This document shows, piece after piece, positions 25,531-40,025 of a stretch of 64,000 bases of DNA. The DNA is from Felis catus (taxonomy: Eukaryota). Made by a program: the position numbers and the translations under genes. Every line of letters starts with the position of its first letter. The stretch's first letter is position 1. The notes under the pieces were generated by a model. The model was not told the origin of the DNA. It did no database searches and was given only the letters and a program-made list of their open reading frames with translations. Location of the stretch: positions 86,926,001-86,990,000 of the forward strand of contig NC_058368.1 of the NCBI RefSeq assembly GCF_018350175.1, read 5' to 3'.

Positions 25531-27555
25531 AAAAATAGTAGAGGATTTTAAGATTAGATAAGTTATCTAAGGATGAAATCAAGGAAACAATGGCTTTGAA
25601 TTACACACTGGACCAAAGGGACTTAATAAATATAGTCAGAACATTCTATCCTAAAAGAGCAAAATATGCATTCTCCTCAAGTACACGAGACATTCTCCAG
25701 AATAGGTCACATACTAGGCTACAAATCAGGCCTCAACAACTGTAAAAATATTGAGATTATACCATGTATATTTTCTAAACACAATGTTATTAAATTTGAA
25801 GTCAACCATAAGAAAAAAATTAAAGGACCACAAATACATGGAGGTTAAACAACAGACTACTAAACAATGAATGAGTCAACCAGGAAATAAAAAAGAAACA
25901 AACAAACAAAAAATACATGGAAACAAATTAAATGAAAATACAATAAAATGAAAGTATGTAGCAATACAGGTCTACCTTAAGAAGCAAAAAACGTCTCAAA
26001 TAATCAACCTAAACTTATATCTAATGAGCTAGAAAAATAACAGCAAATGAGCCTAAAGCCAGGAGAAAGAAGGAAATCATAAATATTAGAGCACAAATAA
26101 ATGATATAAAACTAAAAATAAGTAATAAAATATAGCAACTAAACCAAGAGATGGTGCTTTCAAAAAATTAATAAAATTGTAGCCCTTATCCAGACTTATA
26201 AAAAAGAAAAGATAAAGGACCCAAATAAATAAAATCACAAGTGACAGAGAATAAATAACAAGCAACATCACAGAAACATAATTATAAGAGAATACTATGA
26301 AAAATTGTATGCCAACAAATGGGACAACATGGAAAAAATGGATAAATTCCTCAAAACATATGAACTACCAAAACTGAAATAAGTAGTAAAAAATTTGAAT
26401 GACTGATAGTGGGAAAATAAGTTGAATCAATAATAAACAATCTCAAAAAACACAAAAGTCCAGGGCCAAATGGCTTCACAGGAAAATTTTGACAAACATT
26501 AAAAGAAGAGTTAATAACTATTTTCCTCAAACTGTTCCAAACAATGGAAAAAGTAGGAGACTTTTAAATTCATTCTATGAGTCCAGGATTACATAGATAC
26601 CAAAACCAGATAAAGACTCCATTAAAAAGAGAACTACAGGCCAATATCACTCATGAACATGGATGCAAAACTTCTCAATAAAATATTAGCAAAATTGAAT
26701 CCAGCAGAATATTAAAAGAATCATTCAATACCTTCAAGTGGGATTTATTCTGGGGATGTAAATGTGGTTAAATATTCCCAAATCAATTGATGTGATAAGC
26801 CACATTAATAAAATAAAGGATAAGAACCTTACAAGCTCATTCCAATAGATGCAGACAAGCATTTGACAAAGCATAATGTCCATTCATGATTCACAAGAAT
26901 AAAACCCTTAACAAAGTAGGTTTAGAGGAAACAAACCTCAACATAATAAGTACCACATATGAAAAATCCACAGTTAATATCATCCTCAAAGGGGAAAAAA
27001 CTGAGAGCTTTTCCTCTATGGTCAGGAACAAGGCAGAGGTTTCCACTCTCACCATTGTTATTTAACATAGCACTGGAGAAGTCCTAGGATAAGCAATTAG
27101 ACAACAAAAAGAAATAAAAGACATGCAAATCATCAGTGAAGAAGGCAAACTTTCACTATTTGCAGATGAAATGATACTCTATATAGAAAACCCAGAAGAC
27201 TCTACAAAAAATTGCTAGAACAGATACATTAATTCAGTAACATAGTGAAATACAAAATGAATATATACAAATTAGTTGCTTTTCTATGCATTGATATTGA
27301 AGCAGTAGAAAGAGAAAGCAAAGAATTGAGCCCACTAACAATTGCACTCAAAACTATAAGATACCTAGGAATAAAACAAACTAGAGAGGTAAAGCATCTA
27401 TGCTCTGAAAACTATAAAACAGTGTTGAAAGGAATTGAAGAGGACACACACACAAAATGGAAAGACATTCCATGCTTATGGATTGGAAGAACAAATACTG
27501 TTAAAATGTCTACACCACCCACAACAATCTACACATTTAATGCAATCCCTATTAA

Positions 27556-27765
27556 TTTTTTTTAATGTTTATTTATTTTTGAGACAGAGAGAGACAGGGC
27601 ATGAAGGGGGAGGGTCAGAGAGAGAGGGAGACACAGAATTTGAAACAGGCTCCAGGCTCTGAGCGGTCAGCACAGAGCCCGAAGCGGGGCTCGAACTTGT
27701 GGACCACGAGATCATGACCTGAGCCGAAGTTGGACGCTTAGCCGACTGAACCATCCAGGCACCCC
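27556..27765 (-). mobile_element. Can-SINE nested in L1
   Basis: TSD aatgcaatccctattaa at 27539-27555 and 27766-27782. Confidence 0.95.
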
Positions 27766-28959
27766 AATGCAATCCCTATTAAAATACAAACATTTTTCAC
27801 AGAGATAGAACAAAAAATCCTAAAATTTTTATGAAACCACAAAACACCCCAAATAGCCAAAGAAGTCTTGAAAAAGAAAAGCAAAGCTGGAGGCATCACA
27901 ATTCTGGGTTTTAAGTTATATTACAAAGCTGTGTGATCAAAACAATATGACACTGGCACAAAAATGGACACATATATCAATGGAACAGTATAGAAAACCA
28001 AGAAATGACCCACAACTTTATGGTCAATTAGTCTTCAACAAAGTGGGAGAAGCTATCCATTGAGAAAATGTCTCTTCAATAAATGGCATTGGAAAAAGTA
28101 TAAATCAACAATGAAAGAAAAGAAACTAATCCATTTTTTTACACTATACCCAAAAATAAATTAAAAATGAATGAAGACCTAAATGTGAAATAAGAAAACA
28201 TTAAAATCCTAAAGGAGAATTCAAAAAGTAACCTCTTTAAAATAGGCTGTAGCAACTTCTTATTAGATATTCTTCTGAGGCAAGGGAAGCAAAGCAAAAA
28301 TAAACTATGAGGAGTTCATCAAAATAAAATCTGCACAGCAAAGAAAACAATCAACAAAACTAAAAGGCAACCTACAGAATGGTAGAATATATTTGCAAAT
28401 GATATATCTGATAAAGGGTGAGTATCCAAAATCTATAAATAACTTACTAAAGTCAACAGAGAAAAACAGAAACAATCCAGTTAAAAAATGGGCAGGAGAT
28501 ATAAATAGAAATTTTTCCAAATAAGACATCCAGGTGTGTAACAGACATGTGAAAAGATGTTCCATATCACTGATCATCAGGTAAATACAAATCAAAACTA
28601 CAATAAAATATCACAAGTGTCAGAATGGCTAAAATTAACAACACAAGGAACAACAGGTGTCTGTGAGGATGTGAAGAAAGGGATACCCTCCTGCTCTGTT
28701 ACTGGGAAGACAAACTGGCACAGCTACTGTGGAAAACAGTGTGGAGTTTCCTCAAAACATTAAAAAATGGAACTACCATACAATTCAGCAATTGCTCTAC
28801 CAGGTATTTACCCAAAGAATACAAAACTACTAATTCAAAGGGATACATGCACCCTGCTGTTTATAGCAGCATTAACTACAATAGCTCAATTAATGGAAAT
28901 AGCCCAATGTCCATCAACTGATGAATGGGTAAAGTGGATAAAGAAGATGTGATATATAT

Positions 28960-29004
<45 letters not shown>

Positions 29005-29328
29005 GAAATATTACTCAGCTGTAAAATGAATGAAATCTTTCCATTTGCATCAACACAGATGGAACTAAACAGTATAATGCTAAGCAAAATAAGTCAGTCA
29101 AAGAAAGACAAATACCATATGATTTCACTCACATGTGGAATTTAAGAAATATAAAACGAGCATAAAGAAAAAAAAAGAGAGAGAGGCAAACCAAGATACA
29201 GACACTTAATTATAGAAAACAAACTTATGGTTACCAGAGGGGACATGGGTAGGGGTATGGGTTAAATAAGTGATGGGTATTAAGGAGTGCACCAGTTGTG
29301 ATAAGCACCAGGTGTTGTATATAAGTAT

Positions 29329-30511
29329 TATTATAGTTCCATCCATGTGTTGCAAATGACAAGATTGAAGGTTTTTTTCTATGGCTAAGTAATATTCCAT
29401 TGTATATTTATATCATATCACCTTTATACATTCATCAGTTGATGGACATTTGGGCTCTTTCCATAGTTTGGTTATTATTGATAATGCTGCTATAAACTTT
29501 GGGATACATGTACCCTTTGAATTTGTATTTTTGTATCATTTGGGTAAATGCCTAGTACTGCAATAACAGGATCAGAGGGTAGTTCTATATTTAACTTAAA
29601 AAAAGTTTATTTAGTTATTTTGAGTGGGAGAGGGGCATGGAGATGGAAAGAGAGAATCCCAAGAAGGCTCCATGCAGTCAGTATAGAGCATGATGTGGGG
29701 CTCAATATCACGAAAAGTAAGATCATGACCTGAGCTGAAATAAAAAAAAAATTGGACACTTAACTGATTGAGCCACCCAGGCACTCCATATTTAACTTTT
29801 TGAGGAACCTCCAAACTATTCTTCAGAGTGCCTGCACCAGCTTGCATTTCCACCAACAGTACAAGAGGCTTCCCCTTTCTCCACATCCACACCAATACCT
29901 GTTGTTTCATGTATTGTTGCCTTCAGCCATTCTGACAGGTATGAGATGGTATCTAATTGTGGTTTTGATTTGTATTTTCCTGATGATGAGTGATGTTGAG
30001 CACCTTTTCATGTGTCAGCCATCTGGATGTCTTTGGAAAAGTGTCTGTTCATGTATTCTGCTCATTTCTTAACTGGGTTGTTTGGTGTTTAGTGTTGAGT
30101 TTGATATGTTCATTATAGACTTTGGTTACTAACCCTTTATCAGATATGTTATTTGCAAATATCTTCTCCCGTTGCATAGGATGCCTTTTAGTTTGGTTGA
30201 CAGGTTACTTCACTGTGCAGACGTTTTATCTTGATGAGGTCCAAATAGTTCATTTTTGTTTTTGTTTTTGTTTTTGTTTTTGTTTCCCTTGCCTCTGGTG
30301 ACGTGTGTAATAAGAAGTGGCTACAGCCAAGATCAGAGAGGTTTCTTCTTGTGATCTACTCTAGGATTTTAATTGTTTCCCATCTCATATTTAGGTCTTT
30401 CATCCATTTTGATTTTATTTCTGTGTATAGTATAAGAAAGTGGTTTAGTTTCATTCTTCTACATGTTGCCATCCAGTTTTCCCAACGCCATTTGTTGAAG
30501 AGACTGTCTTT
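29329..30511 (-). mobile_element. Older L1 ORF2 C-terminal fragment
   Basis: Reverse complement of the L1 ORF2 end; (GTTTTT)n near 30253-30285. Confidence 0.88.
29598..29787 (-). mobile_element. Can-SINE (older) nested in L1
   Basis: TSD atatttaactt at 29587-29597 and 29788-29798. Confidence 0.85.
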
Positions 30512-33086
30512 TTATCTTTTTATCTTCATGAGGTTCCAATAGTACATTTTTGCTTTTAATTCCCTTGCCTTTGAGGATATGTCAAGTAAGAAATTGCTAC
30601 GGCTGAAGTCAGAGTGGTCTTCTGCTTTCTTCTCTAGGGTTTTGATCGTTTCCTGTCTCACATTCAGGTCCTTTATCCATTTTGAGTTTATTTTTGTGAA
30701 TGGTGTGAGAAAGTGGTCTAGTTTCAACCTTCTGCATGTTGCTGTCCAGTTCTCCCAGCACCATTTGTTAAAGAGACTGTCTTTTTTCCATTGGATGTTC
30801 TTTCCTGCTTTGTCAAAGATGAGTTGGCCATACGTTTGTGGGTCTAGTTCTGGGGTTTCTATTATATTCCATTGGTCTATGTGTCTGTTTTCGTGCCAAT
30901 ACCATGCTGTCTTGATGATGACAGCTTTGTAGTGGAGGCTAAAGTCTGGGATTGTGATGCCTCCTGCTTTGGTCTTCTTCTTCAAAATTACTTTGGCTAT
31001 TCGGGGCCTTTTGTGGTTCCATATGAATTTTAGAATTTTAGAATTGCTTGCTCTCATTTCGAGAAGAATGCTGGTGCAATTTTGATTGGGAATGCATTGA
31101 ATGTGTAGATAGCTTTGGATAGTATTGACATTTTGACAATATTTATTCTTCCAATCCATGAGCAGGGAATGTCTTTCCATTTCTTTATATCTTCTTCAAT
31201 TACCTTCATAAGCTTTCTATAGTTTTCAGCATACAGATCTTTTACATCTTTGGTTAGATTTATCCCTAGGTATTTTATGATTCTTGGTGCAATTGTCAAT
31301 GGGATCAGTTTCTTTATTTGTCTTTCTGTCGCTTCATTGTTAGTGTATAAGAATGCAACTGATTTCTGTACATTGATTTTGTATCCTGCAACTTTGCTGA
31401 ATTCCTGTATCAGTTTTAGCAGACTTTTGGGGTGGAGTCTATCGGATTTTCCATGTATAATATCATGTCATCTGCAAAAAGTGAAAGCTTGACTTCATCT
31501 TTGCCAATTTTGCCAATTTGATGCCTTTGATTTCTTTTTGTTGTCTGATTGCTGATGCTAGAACTTCCAACACTATGGTAACAACAGCGGTGAGAGTGGG
31601 CATCCCTGTCGTGTTCCTGATCTCAGGGGGAAAGCTCTCAGTTTTTCATTGAGGAGGATGTTAGCTGTGGGCTTTTCATAAATGGCTTTTATGATCTTTA
31701 AGTATGTTCCTTCTATCCCGACTTTCTCAAGGGTTTTTATTAAGAAAGGATGCTGAATTTATCAAAGGCCTTTTCTGCATCGATTGACAGGATCATACGG
31801 TTCTTATCTTTTCTTTTATTAATGTGATGTATCCCATTGATTGATTTCTGAATGTTGAACCAGCCCTGCATCCCAGGAATGAATCCCACTTGATCATGGT
31901 GAATAATTCTGTTTATATACTGTTGAATTCTATTTGCTAATATCTTATGGGGATTTTTTGCATCCATATTCATTAGGGATATTGGCCTGTAGTTCTTTTT
32001 TTACTGGGTCTCTATCTGATTTAGGAATCAAAGTAATATTGGCATCATAGAATGAGTCTGGAAGTTTTCCTTCCCTTTCTATTTCTTGGAATAGCTTGAG
32101 AAGGATAGGTATTATCTCTGCTTTAAACGTCTGGTAGAACTCCCCTGGGGAGCCATCTGGTCCTGGACTCTTATTTGTTGGGAGATTTTTGATAACCGAT
32201 TCAATTTCTTCGCTGGTTATGGGTCTGTTCAAGCTTTCTATTTACTCCTGATTGAGTTTTGGAAGTGTGTGGGTGTTTAGGAATTTGTCCATTTCTTCCA
32301 GGTTGTCCAGTTTGTTGGCATATAATTTTTCATACTATTCCCTGATAATTGCTTGTATTTCTGAGGGATTGGTTGTAATAATTCCATTTTCATTCATGAT
32401 TTTATCTATTTGGGTCATCTCCCTTTTATTTTTGAGAAGCCTGGTTAGAGGGTTATCAATTTTTTTTTTTCAAAAAAATAACTCTTGTTTTCATTGATCT
32501 GCCCTATGGTGTTTTAGATTGTATATTGTTTATTTCTGCTCTAAAACTTATTATTTCTCTTCTTCTGCTAGGTTTAGGCTGTCTTTGCTGTTCTGCTTCT
32601 ATTTCCTTTAGGTGTGCTGTTAAATTTTGTATTTGGGATTTTTCTTGTTTCTTGAGATAGGCCTGGATTGCAATGTATTTTCCTCTCAGGACTGCCTTCG
32701 CTGCATCCCAAAGCATTTGGATTGTTGTATTTTCATTTTCATTTGTTTCCATATATTTTTAAATTTTTTCTCAATTGCCCGGTTGACCCATTCATTCTTT
32801 AGTAGGGTGTTCTTTAACCTCCATGCTTTTGGAGGTTTTCCAGACTTTTTCCTGTGGTTGATTTCAAGCTTCATAGCATTGTGGTCTGAAAGTATGCATG
32901 GTAAGATTTCAATTCTTGTATACTTATGAAGGGCTGTTTTGTGACCCAGTATGTCATCTATCTTGGAGAATATTCCATGTGCACTCGAGAAGAAAGTATA
33001 TTCTGTTGCTTTGGGATGCACAGTTCTAAATATATCTGTCAAGTCCATCTGATCCAATGTGTCATTCAGGGCCCTTGTTTCTTTAT
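30512..33086 (-). mobile_element. Young L1 internal ORF2 segment lacking both termini
   Basis: High similarity to about 5235-7810; no poly-A or TSD. Confidence 0.93.
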
Positions 33087-33227
33087 TCTTTACAATCTGA
33101 ACTTATTTTAGTACATATTTTTGTATGTATACAGATAAAAATATGACAGTATTATTCTCCTTCTCATTCAATGCTGTTGGCTTCACATTTAATTTTGGAT
33201 CATGTTCAATAAAAAAAAAAAAAAAAG

Positions 33228-33393
33228 CTGATATTTACCAGAGGGAAGTAGGTGGGGAATAGGTTAAATAGGTGATGCACTTGTGATGAGCACCAGGTGT
33301 TGTATGGAAGTGTTGAATCACTATATTGTACAACTGAAACAAAAATTACACATTACATTAGCTAATTGGAATTTAAATAAAAACTGAAAAAAG
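33228..33393 (+). mobile_element. Older L1 3' end
   Basis: ttaccagagggaagtagg...gatgagcaccaggtgttgtatgg...aatttaaataaaaa. Confidence 0.8.
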
Positions 33394-33454
33394 ATAACTG
33401 CTTATTTTGATGATCGCTTAGGCAATATTTGCAGTTATTCTGCAAATGTAAGAA

Positions 33455-33995
33455 TATGTAATTTGCAAACGTCTTCTCGTATTCTAGAGGTTGCCTCTGA
33501 GTTTTGTTGGTTTCCTTAGCTTTGCAGCTTTTTCTTTGACGCAGTTCCAATAATTGATTTTTGCCTTTGTTTCCTTTGCCTCAGGGTACATATGTAGAAA
33601 CAAGTTGCTGTGGTTAATGCCAAAGAGGTATTAAAAAGAGGTATTCTCTTCTGGGATTTTTAAAGTTTCTTGTCTCACATTTGTGTGTCTAATCCAATTT
33701 GAATTTATTTTTGTGAATTATGTATGATAGCGGCCCAATTTCATTCTTTTGCAAGTTTCTCTCTAGCCCCCATTTGTTGAAGGGACTTCCTTTTTCCCAT
33801 TGCATATTCTTTCCACTTTTGTTGAAGGTGAATTGATCATAAAATTGTGGGTTTATTTCTCTGAGTTTTTTTTTTCTTTTCTTCTGATTCATTGATCTGT
33901 GTCTATTTTTCTGCCAGTACCATACTGGCCTGGTTGCTATAGCTTTGCAACAATATAACTTGAAGTGAAGAGTTGTGATAGTTCCAGCTTTGCTT
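33455..33995 (-). mobile_element. Older L1 ORF2 fragment
   Basis: ORF track EINPQFYDQFTFNK...QWEKGSPFNKW. Confidence 0.82.
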
Positions 33996-34185
33996 AGACT
34001 CTTGACACAAAACTTCTTGTGATGTATGCCTGTGTTTTATTGTCTAGAGGACGCTTTTTATTTTCCCAGTGACTCAGTGTGTAGAAACTTCCAATACCAT
34101 ATCATTGAGCTATGAAGGAAGGTCGCATCTACTGTGAGAGACTGACACTGATATGAGTTTTAAAGATTTATGCAGGAATTCTTAT

Positions 34186-34186
<1 letters not shown>

Positions 34187-34241
<55 letters not shown>

Positions 34242-34334
34242 TAATTTGAAGTAGGCTCCATGCCCAACGTGGGGCTTGAACTCACAACTTTGATATCGGG
34301 TCATGTGCTCCACTGGCTAAGCCAGTCAGGCACC
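34187..34334 (-). mobile_element. Old Can-SINE with (TA)n tail
   Basis: aggctccatgcccaacgtggggcttgaactcac...gccagtcaggcacc. Confidence 0.8.
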
Positions 34335-34929
34335 ATTTTCTCTTATTTTGTATAACTTAAATCCACTTGATTTAAGAAAAATGTAGAAAAAAAGAGTATG
34401 ATTGTATCTATTTATTATTGAATACATAGATATCACTAATAATTATATTTTTATCACAACTTGTACCAATTCATGCTACATATACTTAAACCATATTTTG
34501 ATACTTAACCCTGAGATATCTTTTGACAAATGCTAAGGCAATGACTGATTCTGTATATACTATTGAGAAGAAATACCTCAAAAGAATCTGTGTATATATA
34601 TATATATATATGTATTTCAATAATAAATACACTTTATTGTTTTTTACCTAAATTACAGAACTTTTTATTGTTTTCAAATACTATACAAAGAAAAAGTGTG
34701 CATTTAATTAACAGATCCAGAAACAGTGATTCCAAATTAAAGATGTATTTTCTCTATTTCAGTAGTTTGAGTTACTAAAATGATAATGCAGTGAATTCTA
34801 CTCTCTTTCATTGATTCCTTTGGCATCATAAACATAAGAATTCTTGCTTTATTTTCCACTAGCTCCATAAGTTGAAGACAATTCTTTGGTAAAAATGGGT
34901 TAATTTCCAATGTGAACAAAGCTAAAAGT

Positions 34930-36250
34930 ACTGCTTAGAGACAGACACACAGGGACATGGAGGCCAGGGGCTACCTCTGGGGTGGGGCGAGGTGGCAGGC
35001 GTGCTCAGCAGGGCCCCACAGCAGCTCATGGGGACTGGTGATGGTAACACCTAGGGACTGTTCTCCGTGCTGAACACGGTTCTGCACACTCATTCCCTCT
35101 GGTAAGCTCTGCTTCTCTCTCTTTCTCTTTCTCTCTCCACCTCTGGCCCTCCTGGGATTCTCTCTCTCTGACTTTTGCTCACTTTGCCCCCCCCCAAATA
35201 AAATAAAATAAAGAGAATGACAAGGAACCAGCCCTAGATCCCTATCAAACAGCCTCTGAAGCTTGCTCTGGGTCAGAGGATCCGGTGAGTGACATATTTT
35301 ACCTTTTCCCTCCACCATGAGAGCATAACAGGAGCAGGTTCCAGTGCTTATAGTGGCCTACCACCTCAGCAAACCCCAGGCTTCTGGCACATACCAGACC
35401 CAGACTTCCCAGGGAATAGATCAAAAAGCCACACTTTGAAAGAGTGACTGGAATATAACAGATCCAGCCCTAGAAATCCATCAAATGGCAGGGGAGCTGC
35501 TGGAACTCTCTGTGAGATGGAGAAACTGGGAAGGGCCACCATTTACATTCCCCTCCACGTTGACAGCACAGATCAGATGGGGCAGGGTCTTGATGCATTC
35601 GCTGTCCTAAATCCTCAGTGAGCCCCAGGACCCTGGTGGACACCAGCCCAGCCATCCCACCAAGTGTCCCCAGAGTAATACAAACACTACAGCTCCAGCT
35701 GTATCATCAAGATGACAAAAGTACAGAGTACCCTGATCTTTCCCAACCTATACCGTGTCAGATCCAGCTGCCCTACTACAATGCCCACTGTATGGAACAA
35801 TCCAAAAACCCCTGCCTTAGGCTCACTTCTGTTCCAGCCTTCCTGCCAGAGTGACCCGGGAGTGGAATGCTCCACTCTGGCCATCTGGACACTCTGATCT
35901 GTATCTGCCTTTGCTGCAGCGTCTTCCTCAGAGTGCTACCTGTATGGAACACCCCAGTATCCCTTGTTTGCACCACTTTAGCTCTGGATGTTCTGTGAGG
36001 GTGCCCTCTGTGCACAGAGATCCAGGACCCTCAGCTAGTACTCACCTCATCTTCAGTTTTCAGAAAGGGCATTCTCTGCACTGAGGACACCAGGAAAAAT
36101 CCAGCCCATGCCCACTTCCAACCCACTAATCAAACCAGGGCATCCCTAGCACAGAGAGCCTTAGGACGCCCACTGTACAGCAGCCACAACTCCATCCAGA
36201 TAGCCAAAGTCACAAAGTGCACAGTCTATACAAGGCACAGTGATGCAAAC
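34930..36250 (+). mobile_element. Probable old L1 5' UTR
   Basis: GC-richer, C/A-skewed sequence directly upstream of L1 ORF2; judged by composition and position only. Confidence 0.4.
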
Positions 36251-36299
36251 AAAAACTAAAGAAGGTTGTGACCGTTAAACCAGCCCTTTAAGTGGGAAG

Positions 36300-38528
36300 C
36301 AAAGGATAAAATTAATATAAACACAAGAAAGGAACAGATAAAATCTCCAGAAACATGACAAAATATGTAATAAGTTACACTAAACACATATCTATCAATA
36401 ATTACTAAATGGAGTAAATGACCCAAACAAGAGACATAGGGTGTCAGAATGGATTTGAAAAACAAAACAAACAAAAACAAAAACAAAAACAAAAGACTTA
36501 TCTATGTGCTGCTACAAGAGACTCATTTCAGATGTAAAGACACCTGTAAATTGAAGGTGAGGGGACGGTGAAACATTTATCAAGCAAATGGACATCACAA
36601 GAGAATCAGAGTAGCAGTAGTTATCTCTGACAAACAAGATTTTGAACCAAAGGCTGTAAGAAGAGATGAAGAAGGACATTATATCATAATAAAAAGGGAC
36701 AATCAAATGAGAGATTGAACAATTGCTAATACTTATGCCACCAATGTGGACACACCCAAATATATAAAACAGTTAATAACAAACATAAAGGAACTCATTG
36801 TTAATAATACAATAATATTAGGGGCCTTTAACACTCCACTTACATCAATGGACAGATCATCTAAGCAGAAAATCAATGAGGAAACAATGGCTTTGAATGA
36901 CACTCTGGACCAGATGGACTTAACAGACATATTCAGAACATTTCATCCTAAAGAAACAGGATACACATTCTTTTCAAGTGCACCAGGACATTCTCCACAA
37001 TAGATCACATACTAGGTCACAGATCAGGCCTCATCAAGTACAAAAACTAGACATCATACCATGCATATTTTCTGATCACAATCTTACAAAACCTGAAGTC
37101 AACCGCAAGAAAAAAAATGGAGAAATGACAAATACATGGAGGTTAAACAACACGGCACTAAACAACGAATGGGCCAACCAGAAGAAATTTGAAGGAAGAA
37201 ATTTAAAACTACATGGAAATAAATGAAAGTGAAAACATATGGGTCCAAAACCTTTGGGATGCAGTCAAAGTGTTCCTAGAGGGAAGGGTATAGCAACACA
37301 AGCCTACCTTATGAAGCAAGAAAAATCTCAAATAAACAACCTAACCTTACACCTATAGAAGCTAGAAAAAGTGCAACAAATGAAACCTACAGCCAGCAGA
37401 AAAGGGAAAATAATGACTAGAGCAGAAATAAATGATATAGATACCAAAACAAAAATAAAACATATCAATAAAACCAGGAGATGGATTCTTCAGAAAATTA
37501 ATAAAATTGATACCTACTTAGCCAAACTTGTCAAAAAGAAAAGAAAAAGGACCAAATAAATAAAATGACACATGAGAGGATAGATCATAATTTACACCAC
37601 GGAAATACAATTATAAGAAAATATTATTGAAAATTATATGGCAACACATTGGACAATCTGGAAGAATTTGATAAATTCCTAGAAACATAAGCTACCAAAA
37701 CTGAAAGAGGAAGAGATAGAAAACTTGAACAGACCCATAACCAACAAAAAGACTGAATCAGTAACAACAACAACAACAACAAAATTCAACAAAGAAAACT
37801 CCAGGGCCAGATGACTTCACAGGAAAGCTCTACCAAGCATTTAAAAAAAAGTTACTACCTATTCTTCTCAAACTATTAAAAAAATAGAAATGGAAGGAAA
37901 ATATCCAAATTCATTCTTTGAGACCGTTAGTACTGTGATACCAAAAGCAGATTAAAACATTAATAAAAGGAAGACGAACTCCAAGCCAATACCTCGGATG
38001 AGTATGGATGTGAAAAATCTTACTTAAATAAAAGCAAACTGATTCCAACAGCATATTAATCTTTCACCATGATCTAGTGAGGTTTATCACTGGGTTGCAA
38101 GACTGTTTCAGTATTCATAAACCAACCAACGTGATGCAACACATTAATCAAAGAAAGGATATGAGCCATATTATCATTTCAATAAACGCAGAGAAAGCAT
38201 TTGACAAAGTACAACAACCATTCATGACGAAAAAAAAAATCCTCAATAAAATAAGTTTAGGGGGAACATACTTCAACATAAGAAAGGCCATAAATAAAAA
38301 ATACATGGATAATATTATCCTCACTGGGAAAAAACTGAGAGTTTTTTCCTCTATGATCAAGAACAAGAGATAGATGACCAATCTCACTACTGTTATTTAA
38401 CATAGTGTTGGAAGTCATAGCTTCAGCAATGAGACAACAACAACAACAAAAACAACAACAACATTTAATTAATAGCATACAAAACTGCAAGGAAGAAACC
38501 AAATCTTTATTATTTGCAGACGGCATGA
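36300..38528 (+). mobile_element. Older L1 ORF2 5' half (EN to FAD motif)
   Basis: GAFNTPL, NDTLDQMDLTDIFRTFHP, SDHN, AEKAFDKVQ. Confidence 0.9.
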
Positions 38529-39530
38529 GACAGAAAGAGAGAGAAGGAGAGAAAGAGAGAGGGAGAGAAAGTCTAATTTTGTGAGGTCTTACTACCAGCA
38601 GGACTTAAAGCCTAGAATAAAAAAAAAAAAAAGCAATGGGCTCAGCTCTAAGAGAGTCCTGAGCGCTTTAGGAAGTTGAATACTTACCCTTAAAGGGACA
38701 GCATGTCAAGCAGCCTGCAATGTTATAGCCTAGAAGCAGAAATTTGAAAAAGTGAGAGTGATTTATTCATCATAGCGTGTATCAGGAGAGGCAGTGATCA
38801 CAAAGAGACCCATTCAGGAACAAAGTAGCTGGCATGCTCCATTTCCCTTGCCCATTCCCTCAGCATAAACACGCAGTCACCTGGAGGAATCAGCATGGCA
38901 CCAACACTCACAGCCCATCTTGCTCAGAGCAAGCTCTATCCTCCCATGCTTCAGCAAATCCACACCTCCCAGTCCCTCTCCCCTTGGTCCTGGTGCTGCA
39001 AGTCCTGGCCCCCAGAAGACCAATGCAAACCTTGCCAACATCATATCTCTGACTTACTCACTTTGTAGAACCTCAGTTCAGGCAGTAGTGATAGTGGCAG
39101 ATTTCACTTAGCAGGGAGACCATTGTGCACCTTGTCAAAAAGAGCCCTACCTTCCTAGAGACCAAAGGCTGCACACAACAGGCAGAGAGATTCTATGTAG
39201 ACTACTTGAATGAAGGAAAAAGCATTCAGAACAAACATCTGCATGCACACAACACACATAAGAGACACTCTGTGAAGTGCCAGGCCCTGGAGAACAGGAG
39301 TCACTGCACTACAAAGCTTTACAGGACCTCTTCTTCATAAAGCCACTACCGTCAAGAGCAGGAGAAATAGCTGAGTTTCCTAACACACAGAAACAGACAC
39401 AAAGAGTTAGGCAAAATGAGGAGATGGAGGGTTATATCACAAATGGAAGATCAGATCCAAACCACACCAAGAGACCTAAGCAAAACACATGCAAGTAATA
39501 TGCCTAATAGAGAATTTAAAGTAATGATCA

Positions 39531-39718
39531 ACCATAAGAGACTCTTAAAAACTGAGAACAAACTGAGGGTCGATGGGGGGTGGGAGGGAGGGGAGGGTGG
39601 GTGATGGGCATTGAGGAGGGCACCTGTTGAGATGAGCACTGGGTGTCATATGGAAACCAATCTGACAATAAATTTCATATTAAAAACAAACAACTAACTA
39701 ACTAACTAAATAAATAAA
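39531..39718 (+). mobile_element. 5'-truncated young L1 3' end nested in older ORF1
   Basis: TSD taaagtaatgatca at 39517-39530 and 39719-39732. Confidence 0.92.
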
Positions 39719-39846
39719 TAAAGTAATGATCATATACTCACTGGACTTGGTAAAAGAATTGAGGAGATCAATAAGATCCATAACAAAAATAGAAAGCATC
39801 ACGGATCAAGAACACAGTAAGTGAATTTAAAAATACACTTGATGGA

Positions 39847-40025
39847 GGGGCACCTCAGTGGCTCAGTTGGTCAAGTGTCCAACTTCAGTTTATGTCATGA
39901 TCTCAGTTTGTGAGTTCAAGTCTCACATCGAACTCTGTGCTCATGGCTTAGAGCATAGAGTCTGCTTCAATTCTGTCTTCCTCTCTCTCTGCTCCCCCTC
40001 TCAAAAATAAATAAAAAGTATTTTA
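39847..40025 (+). mobile_element. Can-SINE
   Basis: TSD-like aaaaatacacttga on both sides. Confidence 0.88.

Larger units (their letters stand above)
25165..29328 (+). mobile_element. Older 5'-truncated L1 (ORF2 plus most of 3' UTR); (CA)n at 28952-29002
   Basis: Degenerate EN-RT homology; 3' terminus and poly-A missing. Confidence 0.9.
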
